From Blastocladiella emersonii ATCC 22665 (Eukaryota; Fungi; Blastocladiomycota), in contig JANHCV010000007.1 in NCBI GenBank assembly GCA_025594325.1, forward strand, positions 1,612,001 through 1,676,000: a DNA stretch of 64,000 nt, written 5' to 3'. Made by a program: the position numbers and the translations under genes. This document shows positions 22,315 to 32,353 of this stretch, in pieces; within the stretch, counting starts at the first letter, position 1, and the number at the start of each line of letters is the position of its first letter. The notes under the pieces were generated by a model. That model worked only from the letters and a program-made list of their open reading frames with translations, did not search any database and was not told the DNA's origin.

Positions 22315-24459
22315 CTAGGCAAACTCGCGGCGGACGTCGTCCAGGAACGACGACGGCTGCTCCTGCTCGATGATCCCCAGGGTGAACGGCATCATGTCAA
22401 AGGTGGCGCGCCCGCACCTGCCCTTGCCGTGGTCGATGGCCTCGGGGTGCGCAAAGGGGCGGCCCTCGGCGTCATACTTGCGGAGCACGTCGGCGAGGCA
22501 CTTCTTGGCGGCGCGCGGGAGGTCCGGGAGGACCGGCCCGTGGGTCGGGTTGTCGGCGAAGCGGAGAAGGGTGACGATGGCCGAGGCCCACTCGACCTGC
22601 TGCGCGAGGTCGCAGTCGCCGCACGTCTTGCCGTTGACGGTGCTCGGAAGGACGTGGCGGCCGACGCGGCCTGCGGCCTGCGCCATGATCATGATGCCGA
22701 GGAGTACGGGGGCGAGGTGGTAGCGGCCGATCTGGCTGAGCAGCGGCCGGGCAAAGTTTGGGTCGTTGACGATCGCGACGGGCAGCCACGCGAGCGCCTC
22801 GTAGCCGTCCCAGTCGAACGCGTCCTGGTCGGCCGGCGAGGTTCTCCAGTAAACTTGGTCGAGAAAGCAGCACGCGCGCATGGCGAGGGGCGGCAAGTAG
22901 CGCGGGTCGTTCGATTTGACGAACATGGCGGCGAAACGAGCGCGGCGGCGCAGCGCGCGCTTCGGTTTCTCGCTCGCGACAATGATCTCGAGCATGTCGA
23001 TCAGGTCCTCGTTGTCACCAAAGTACCGATGGGCAAAAGCGAGCACCTCGTCAGTATGGTCCTTGCCCTCGAGCGTGAATAGACCAAAGTCGCGCAGCAC
23101 TAGACGCACGGTGTTAGTGAGGCGTGCGGCGTGAATCGAGTCCGCCACCGCGAACATACCGTCAATGAGCTTGGCGCCATTGTTGCGCCCAAGGCGCTCG
23201 ACCGCGAGCTGTACAAGCGGGTCCGAGGCCGGCGTGTCGGGGCCCTTCTGGAGCAGTGCGAGCGCGATCCGGCCCCACGCGTCCGAGTCAAGCAGCCCGT
23301 GGTCGACGATGACGCCGAGCGCGTGCAGGCCTTGGTCCTGGTCGCACCAGAGGGCGACCATGGACGGGAACTGGATGGCGAACATGAGGTCAAAGCTGTC
23401 CGTGAGAGCCTTGGTGTGGTGCTGAGCGACGTGGGCAAAGAGCTCGGGAGAGGGAAGCTGGGAGAGCCACATCCACAACGAGACGTTGTCAATCACGCGC
23501 CGACCCTCGGGCCACGCGCGTTCGAGAATCCAGTCGAGAACCGGAGTGACGTTGCTCGCGACGGTGCTGAACTGCTCGAGGTTTTCGAAAGCGACTCGGA
23601 GCGCAGGGTCAGTCGCACACAGGGTCTTGAGCTTTTTCATGTCGAAAGCGTCGCGCAGCCGGCCCGTGGTCACGGCGAGGAAGGTCGGCCCGTTCCACGT
23701 AAAGAGCGAGAGGATGACGAGGAAAGTCGCGAGGCTGCCCCTCCAGCCGAGGTCGGGCGCCGAGTTCATAATCTGCCGCCACGGAAGGTCAGCGCACTTG
23801 ACGGTAGCGAACGCCCACGTCCGGAGGGCGGACAACATGCCAAGGACCTCGGCAGCATCACGGGTGGTGAGCTCGAGAAGCTGGTGGATGGTGGTACTAT
23901 CGCAGTAGCCCGCGGCGTAGACGATCAGCTGGACGAGTGCGTAGGTCGGGACCGACGTGAAGCGCCGAATCGCCTTGCCCGAGGCCTTGACCTCATTGGC
24001 CATCTTCGTCTGGGCAACGTCGACCGCGTCGCCGCGGAACTCGACGCGGTCGCCGGCGCGGTTGAGCGCGGGCTGGAGCTCCTCAAGAAGGCAGCTGGCC
24101 GCCATAAGCACGAGGGCGTCAAGGCCAGCGCGCTTAGCGAACGCGGGATCATCGGGAAGGAGGTAGCCGAGCTCGAGGTAAGCACACAGGTTGGTGCGCA
24201 CTTTGAAGTCGGCGCGCTGCTTATACGCCTTTCGAGCAGCCGCTGGTGTCTTCATCTTGCACAGGGTGTTGATCCATGCGATCTTGACGCGGCGGGACTC
24301 GATAGCGCCAAAGAGCTCACGGCTCGCCGTCAGGACAAGGTGGCGCGGCGCAGCGAGCTGGACGACCTCCGCGGTCAGGTCCGACGGGAGGGCGGCGAAG
24401 CCAAGGGGGGCCGCCGGCCCGAGTTGCAGCGACTCAAGCGCGGTTTCCATTTGCTTCAT
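22315..24459 (-). CDS. Lineage-specific protein with F-box-like N-terminus, tandem copy A (about 694 aa spliced)
   Basis: Long ORF; probable 60-nt intron 23100..23159 (GTATGT...CTAAC...TAG) at the same position as in copy C. Ends SFLDDVRREFA like copy C. Confidence 0.8.
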   Translation of the reverse strand: MKQMETALESLQLGPAAPLGFAALPSDLTAEVVQLAAPRHLVLTASRELFGAIESRRVKIAWINTLCKMKTPAAARKAYKQRADFKVRTNLCAYLELGYLLPDDPAFAKRAGLDALVLMAASCLLEELQPALNRAGDRVEFRGDAVDVAQTKMANEVKASGKAIRRFTSVPTYALVQLIVYAAGYCDSTTIHQLLELTTRDAAEVLGMLSALRTWAFATVKCADLPWRQIMNSAPDLGWRGSLATFLVILSLFTWNGPTFLAVTTGRLRDAFDMKKLKTLCATDPALRVAFENLEQFSTVASNVTPVLDWILERAWPEGRRVIDNVSLWMWLSQLPSPELFAHVAQHHTKALTDSFDLMFAIQFPSMVALWCDQDQGLHALGVIVDHGLLDSDAWGRIALALLQKGPDTPASDPLVQLAVERLGRNNGAKLIDGMFAVADSIHAARLTNTVRLVLRDFGLFTLEGKDHTDEVLAFAHRYFGDNEDLIDMLEIIVASEKPKRALRRRARFAAMFVKSNDPRYLPPLAMRACCFLDQVYWRTSPADQDAFDWDGYEALAWLPVAIVNDPNFARPLLSQIGRYHLAPVLLGIMIMAQAAGRVGRHVLPSTVNGKTCGDCDLAQQVEWASAIVTLLRFADNPTHGPVLPDLPRAAKKCLADVLRKYDAEGRPFAHPEAIDHGKGRCGRATFDMMPFTLGIIEQEQPSSFLDDVRREFA

Positions 24460-24779
24460 TGCTTTTAGGCGTGCGAGTGGGGAGCCGATGCCGAGGCAGG
24501 CACGCGCGCGCGAAAACCTCCTGGCGAGCAGTCAGCCGGTCCGCCCGCCACTTCCGTCAAGACGCGCTGCGCCACAGCGGCCGTGCTGCAGTGTCCGCGC
24601 ACCTGCGGCGAGTGCTCAGTCCTCTCACCGTGAAATCCCCTCAAATGGTTTAGAGAGTAGAGAACGTCCTTGATTCGTGCCGTTTCCGATCATTCACGTT
24701 GCTCCTCCTGCGGCCACCGCCCTCGGTTCACATTTTGCAGAGTCAAAAGTGCCATGTATTCGCGCCCGCCCACCTCCGA

Positions 24780-27700
24780 TCACTCAGGATTCTCCTCGTG
24801 GATCTCCTGCGGCTGTTCCCTTGGCGACATGGGCAGCGGGACCTGCGCCGCGACGACCACTGCCGCCGCCGGCGACCCAGGCAAGTCGAGCATCTGCGGT
24901 TCTTGTGGCGTGTACCCCTGCAGCTCGTCCTCGGACGACCCTTCGCCCTCAGCATGCACAGACCGCAGCGACAGCATCGACATGGACGCGGCGTGGTCGC
25001 TGGCCAGGCTACTCGAGAACGACCCCGCCTGCATCGTCGGCGACGCGAGCACCGCAGTCCCAGGCCCCAGGTCAGCCTCCGAGTCGGCGAGGATCATCGT
25101 GGACACGGGGATCGCGTCCTCGGACCCGGACAGCGACGAGCTCGGGATCGACGTGCTGCCGTGGAGCACCTCCGAGTCCATGGACCCCGCCGTGATGAGC
25201 GAGGTCCCCGCGAGCGTCGTGATCGCGGGCGATGTGTGCTGCAACGTACCGGCACCACCGGTGGTCGTGTGGATGATGGACGCGGGCGACGACGCGTTCG
25301 AGTCGTACTCCGAGTCGGCGCCGCCCGCCGCCGCGAGCACCGACTGCGGCGCCGAGCTGCCGCCTGCGACTGTGGACGCGTCGCGCGCCGTATCCGAGCG
25401 CAAGCTGTCGTCGCTGTCGGAGTCGCTGTCGGCAGCAACTGCTGCAGGAACACGCCGGCTCGTTGACGGCGCGCGGCTGCTGCCGCCACCGACGCCCGCG
25501 AGACTGTCGTCGCTGTCGCTCGCCTCCTCCTCGTCGTCGTCCGCGATGCTGGACATGGTCACCGCCGCGGGCTTGTGCGGCGTCAGCGCGATGCGCGACG
25601 ACCCGACAACGAGCGCACCGGGCTGCACGAGCGAGTGGTTGACGACGACCTGGTGCGGCTGGCCCGCCGCGGCCGCGGCCGCGGCCGCCGCCGTGCTGTT
25701 GCTGGGCACCGAGACGAACCCGAACGACGACGTGGACGACGTGACCGTGTGCAGCGCGGACGTCGAGTCGGTCGCCGTCCCTGCGCCACCGAGCGCGGTG
25801 CGCGACCCAGCGACCGACGTGGATGTGGACCGCGAGCGAGACACGGCGTTCGGCTCGTGCCCCGCCAGCGCCTCCTGCGACTGCGAGACCATGGACGCGG
25901 ACGCCGAGTGTGACGGGATCGTGCGCGCTTCGGCGCTCGCGCCGCGCGACACAAGGGCAGCGACGCTGTGCGACGACGCGGCGCCCGTCGACGATCCGCG
26001 CGAGAGCGGGCTGGACGTGCGCGGCGGGAACGGGAGCGACAGGGCAGGGAAGTCTTCCTTGTCGGCGGCCGTCGAGCCGGAGTCGACCGACCCCGCGGGA
26101 TGGACGGGCGTCGGCGAGCCCGTGAGGGGGATCCGGGTCGACGACGACGGCGCGGCCGAGTGCGAGCTGCGCGCGCCGACCGAGTCGACGGTCGCCATGG
26201 TCGTCGACGAGCTCATGGTCCCGAGGACGTGCGTGTTGACGGCGGACCGGGCAGCCGTGGCCGCGGCGTCCTGCTCGAGCGTGTCGCCCGACCAGTTGTT
26301 GCGCGACGAAGACGCCGACGCGAGCGAGCTGAGTTTCTGGCTGACGCGCTGAATCGTGTCGCCGCCGCCGCCGTTGGGATGCCGGAGTCCCTGCTGCTGC
26401 TGCTGCTGGCGCGCCCACTCCTGCATGAGCCCGTTCGCCGCCTTGCTGTTCTTCTTGTTGATGGTGCACGATCGCGACGGGAGGACGGCCTGTGCGGCGT
26501 TGGGCTCGGCGGCGACCGTGGGCAGGAGCGACAGGAGCGTGTCGGAGACAGCGAGCGCGAGGGGCGCAACGTCCGCGTGGCGCGTGAGGTCGAGGATCGC
26601 CGTAAGGTTATCCGCATTCAGGTCGCCCTCAGCGAGCCGCACCGACGGCAGCGCGTGCTTGAGGAACAGGAGGTGCGCGTGGACCGTGGCGTGGTCGGTA
26701 GATGCGAGGAACCGGAACGCGGCGCGGAGGAGGGTGGCGGGGTGCGCGAGGTACGGGTCGCGCATCGCCTGCGCGAGCTGCAGCATGAGGTCGTCGGGCG
26801 ACTTGGCGCGGTACTTTGTCCACGCCGCGAGGTACTTTGCGAGCGGGCGGCACGACTCGGCGACCATGGTCGCGAGGTGCAGGCACACGGCGTCGATCTC
26901 GTCCGTGAACGGCGCGGCGACGAGGCGCGGGAGGTTGGCGAGGAGCACGAGCACGGGTTTCGCGGGGAGCTCGGTCTCCTCGACGGAGATGAGGCGGTTC
27001 ATGAGGGTGCGCGCGCGTTCATTCCCATGAGTCTGGAACACGTCGAGGAGCAGCGCCGAGACCGCCGGGTACGGCGCGAGGAACCCAAGGTCAATCGTGT
27101 GGATGCGCGTGGGGATGACGAGCAGGACCTCGAGGATGCGGAGCAGCAGGTCGACGTGGTCGGGCGTGGCGCGGGCGAGCGCCTGGAGGACGATCTGGAG
27201 CGTCTGCGTAAGCGAGTCGGGGTGCCCGGCAAACGACGGGTGCGAGAGGACCGCGTGGATGCTCAGCAGAATCTCGCTGACGAACTGGACCTGCGTCACG
27301 CCCGCCGCGAGAAACAGACGCAGGAGGTCCTGGAGCATCTCGTCGCGCGCGTCGCGCAGGCTGCACCGGAACATCTCGAGCGACTTGATGGCGACGTGCA
27401 GGATGGTGCAGTTGCTCGCCCACCGCAGCGCGATCAGGTTCCACGCGTCGACGAGCGAGGCGGGGAGCGCATCGACGACCTCGGCGAGGAACGCGTCAAA
27501 CGACTCGAACGTGAACTCGAACTTGAACACGGCGCACAGGAACGCCTTCATCTGCGCCGACACGTACGCGTCCGGGTGCGCGAGCTGCGCGATGGCGACC
27601 TCGAGGAACAGGGCGAGGTACTGCTCGACGAGCGTGGGCGGGAGGTGGCCAACGAGCCCCGCGAGGACCAGCGCGCCAACCACGCCCTCGGACCACTGCT

Positions 27701-30700
27701 GGTGGTCGAGCTGCGGCGGGATCACCGTGTCGAGGTTCGGCACAAAGAACTTGGCCGTGGGCGCGGGCGCGGGCTCGGGCTCGGGCGGGAAGTAGATGAA
27801 GGTCGCGGGCGTGAGGTACGGCAGGAGGCACTCGAAGGTGCTCTCGACGTCGTGGATAAACGAGAGCACGACCTGGATGAACGCCACGGCCACGTCGCTG
27901 CGTGTGGTCTTGGCGAGCTGCACGAAATACGCCACGACGGCCTTGAGGTTGTCGGGCGAGTCGGCAACGAGCGTGGTCCAGCACTTGCGGATCATGCCGG
28001 CGTGGTTGTCGGACTGCGTCACGGTCAGGTACATGAGGTTGTCAACGACGAACCGCGACTCGGACGAGATAAACGACGCGTCCGAGACGAGCACCACGTT
28101 GCGCATGAGCAGCGACGCGAACGCGAACAGCTCGGCCTGGTTGCGCGGGTCGCTCATCTGGATGCGCAGGAACAGCTCCGACAGCAGGCTGTAGGTCCAC
28201 TCGGGGTGGTTGCGCGCCATGCGCTCGACAATGTGCGCGTTGGCCGACTGCCGGTGGATCGGCTGCTCGATGGCCTTGGCGAGCGACGCCACGTCGAGGT
28301 CGAGGAACACGCGGTCCTGGAGGAACTGCAGCATGTCGAGGGCGGCGCGCGCCACGGCGCCCTTGTTGGGCCCGTCGTCGCCGAGCTTGAGCAGACCCAA
28401 AATCATGACCGTCTCGAGCGTGGTCGCCGTCCAGTGCTGCACCTGGACCGAGTTGCGGAACACGGTCGAGAACGCGCACAGGTAGTGCCCGCCGATCGCG
28501 TCGGACGACGGCAGCACGAAGCACGCGCGGACGATCATCTCGTGCAGGGGCTTCGACGCCGGATTACCGAGCAGCATGTTGACGAGGCCGCGGAACCCGA
28601 TGGCGGCGAACGTCGGGTTGGTGAGCAGCGAGTTGATCCAGCGCAGGACGCGGTCGCGGTCGAACGGGTCCGACGAGCTCGACGCCTTGCTCGGGACGGG
28701 TCCGCGGAGCAGCGCGGCCATGGCCTCCCACGAGACGGGGTCGTCCCACTCGCTGAGCAGCTGGTACAGCTGGCCGCGCAGCTCCATGTACTTGGACGAC
28801 GCCGCGGTCTGCTGCTGGTCGGCGGCGAGCTTCGAGAACAGCGACGTGACGAACTGCGCGAACGCCGTCTTGACGGGGTCCACGTCCGGGTTGTTGGGCT
28901 GGTCGGCCAGCCACTGCTTGTAGGCGCGGATCATGTTGACGATGGGCGCCTGCGTCGACGGCGGGAACGACTCGAAGGTCGTCAGCAGCCGCGGCACCTC
29001 GATGCGCAGCCGGTCGAGCTTGCTCGGCTTCTTGGGCACCGTGTACCGCTTCCCGACGCGCAGCCGCGCGTCGTCGGCGACGCTCTGGAGCATGGGCATG
29101 GCCTCGTCGAGGAGCAGCGACTGGTGCGTGACGGACGTGAAGGCGAGGGTGCTGAGGGCGGCCTCGCGGACGCTCGTGAACTCGGACCCGAGCAGGCTGA
29201 GGAAGGTGCCAAGCACCTCGCGCGGGTTGGCCAGGTACTTGATGCCGAGCACGACCAGCGTGCTGCACCGCTTCCAGTGCAAGATGCTCTCCTCGGGCGG
29301 CGACCGCGCGGCCGTCGTCCACAGGATGCCCGACTCGGACGGCGCGAGGACCGCGTGCAGGAAGTTGGTGCGCTCGAGGGCGATCTGGACCGCCTTCTTG
29401 ATCGAGTCGCGCGACAAAAAGTCGACGCAGTACAGCATGAACTCGCCAAACTGCGCGGCCCACTCGTCGGCGCCCGCCTTGGTCCCGCTGACGACGGCGG
29501 CCGCGAGCTTGGTCTCCTCGAGCAGCCCGACGACCGTCGAGTTGGCGTCCTTGAGGATCTGGACCGCGAGCCGGCGCACCTGGACGCTGGGCGAGCACAT
29601 GTGGTACAGCCCGAGCGCGTCGAGCGGGAGCTGCCGGGTATACGCGCGGCCGCGCGAGAAAAAGTCGGCGTAGATCTCGAGGACGCCGCGGTGCGCCTGC
29701 TCGGGCGACGTTTCGTCGGGCCGCACGTAGAAGGCCGTGAGGAGGTCGAACTGGCGGTCGGCGACGGCCATGACGCGGCCCTCGAGCGACAGCAGCACGT
29801 CCTGGTACACGTCGGACGCGGCGTCGACCATGCGGTCGAGCGCGGCCATAGCCACGTCGCACAACCCGCGGTCAAAGTGCACCGCGTACGAGCTCAGCAC
29901 GTCAACGAGCCGCTCGCGCTCGTACAGCGGCATGAGCCGCGGCGTCGCGCTGACCAGCGTCTTGAGCAGCTCGAGGAACGGGATGCGGACGGGCGGGAGC
30001 GGCGCGACAAACGACACGGGCGCGGCGGCCGACGCGAGGTCGAGGTTGCTCGCGTCGGCGTCGGGCCGCCCGCCCGTGGCCCCGCCGAGCAGGTCCGAGT
30101 ACAGGCTCGTGGTCGAGTTGGACCCCTTGAACGGCGCGACAGACCGGTTGCGCTCGTCGTCGAGCTGGAACCCGCCGACGAGCTGGTGCAGCGTGTCGAA
30201 AATGCGGTGCAGCGACCCGCTGAGCTGGCTGAGGAACGGCTGGTACTTGGCCTTGACGGCGTCGCCAGATCCGCCGCCGAGCTTGGCGCGGCCGGGGATC
30301 GGGAGCTCCGGGAACGCGCACCGCTGCTCGCCGGCGTTCCACGCCGAGAGGAGCCAGTTGAGCGCGACGATCCCGATCGACATGCGGTCGGGCGACCACG
30401 CGGATTCGGGCGACCCGGACCCTTCGCACGCGACGAGCGGCGCGATGATGTTGGTGACGGTCCACGCGCTGAACCGGATACCGGCCATGTACACAATGTA
30501 CGTGAACAGGTCGACCGAAACCTCGGGCGGGTGGATGGACCGGCGTCCTTGTGGGAACAGCAGCTTGACGAGCATGGCGAGCCGCTTCTGCGCCGTGGCG
30601 GCGGGCTCCGAGTACCGGAACAGGTACACCCACAGGAGCTGCGTCAGGCACAGGAGCGCGTCGCTGCGCATCCCGCGGTCGCGGTCCTTGAACTTGGACT

Positions 30701-32098
30701 GGCACATGTCGACGACCGTCATCCAGTGCTTGTGGAAGAAGTCGGACCGCGACACGCTCAGCAGCGCGGCGAGGAGCGCGAACGCCGCCGACTGGTGCCG
30801 CGGCCGCAGCGCCATTTTCTGCACCTTGGGGAAGATGGACTCGACAAAGGCGACCCAGGTCGGAACGTTGACCTCGGCCGTGATGGTCTAGTACAGGACT
30901 CGGGTGAGCGCGTGTTTGAGGAGGAGCAGGCGGGTGAGGATTAGTACCTCGCACAGCGGGCCGAGCAGCTCGAGAAACGTCTCGATAAAGGCCTGGCGGA
31001 TGGACGCGTCGACCGAGTTGAGGAAAAAGTGGCCGAGCGAGTCGAGAAAGTCGGCTGTGTCGTCGAGCGCGTCCATCGGGTACAGCTACAAGGAGTGAGC
31101 GATATTAGTACCGCGCAATGTCGATCAGCTAGGTCGCAAAGGTACCTTGATCCGGATGAAGCGCATGCCGTAGATGATGTGTTCGGCCTTGCCCTCCTTC
31201 ATCATGGCGACCGACGTCAGCTTCTCGAGCTCACGCAGGTAGCGGTCTGAGACGGAGGTGAAGCGGACGGCCGAGAGCTCGCCGAGGACGCGGGCAAAGT
31301 AGGTGGCGTTGGCGAGCCAGTTGGTCGAGTTGCGGATGAGGTCTCTGCATATGGTACCCCCAATTGTGAGTGCAAGGGTACGCGAGGGGCAGAGGTGGAG
31401 GACGTACGGAATCGAGAGGCGGAGCTGATTGAAGGCGAGCTCCTCGCACTTTTGGCCAATGTCGTCCTTCATGGCGGCGGGGCTCACGTTGGGGATGACC
31501 TCGATGAGCGCACGGCAGAAGAGGATGTTGGAGGTAATCTAGACCGGCAAAAAATCAGCCAACGAGCGCCCTCACGATCCCACGGCACCCGTACCAGCCG
31601 GATATCCCTCGCCGGCTCGGCCGACTTGACGCTGCCGCGCATACTCCCGCGGATCGAGCTGAAGTAGACGGGCGTCTGCGGGACGGTCTCGGGGAGGTCG
31701 CCCGCGACGTCGCGCCACGCCATGAGGGTGTTGATGGCGAGGCTCGGCGCGTGCTTGGCGAGCGACCCGAACGTGGCGAGGCACGCGTCGAATTCCGCGT
31801 CGACGCCCGCCTGCAGGTACCGGTGCAGGTCGATCTCGCGGTCCGTCGACTGGTGGAGGACGACCTCGAGCTTGCTGTCGGCGAGCGCGACGAACCGGCC
31901 GAACGTCGCGTCGAGACACCACTCGACGCTCGACGACGGCTTGATCTCGACGGCCACGGCACCCCCGGGCGTGCCCTCGCGCACAAAGAAGCGCTGCAGC
32001 AAGTGCAGCTGGTGGTTGCTCGCACTCGCGCCCGCGGCGCCCGCGGACGCCGGGCCGAGGGACCCCGTGGCCGAGTCGTTGGCCAGGAACAGCGACAT
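24780..32098 (-). CDS. TAO3: Cell morphogenesis scaffold Tao3/Pag1/Mor2 (Furry family), about 2359 aa
   Basis: join(32098..31595, 31538..31408, 31344..31146, 31085..30948, 30887..24780); four GTAC...YAG introns keep frame. Motifs ILFCRALIE, FARVLGELSAVRFTSVSDRY, LYPMDALDDTADFL, TAEVNVPTW, LLWVYLFRYSE and SKLDRLRIE, followed by a low-complexity Ser/Thr tail. Confidence 0.9.
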
Positions 32099-32353
32099 GA
32101 TGGCTCACTCAGATCGGAGATAGATGCAAGTTGCAGAGGGTCGTTGCGCGGGGTCGCGGCTTCATGGATGCATGGCAGTCTCGCCGGCAGAGGTGCAGAG
32201 GCTCAGCGCTCGTTGTGAGGAGGCGCGTGGCATGACCGACGCGACTGCGGCAAACCGGCACGCGACGGCGACACCGCGCCGCTTCCGCGAGAACACTAAG
32301 CGCGATGAGACACGGAATGAATGACATTATGAAACACGATGACCGCAGACACC

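Noticed and set aside
25968-30944. 1658-aa plus-strand ORF (and similar long antisense ORFs at 829..3240, 8898..10814, 15062..17617, 35997..39416, 37688..40336, 41952..44303)
   Set aside because: Shadow ORFs opposite real genes. Extreme GC3 bias removes stop codons on the antisense strand, and the translations are Arg/Gly/Ala-rich with no domain motifs.
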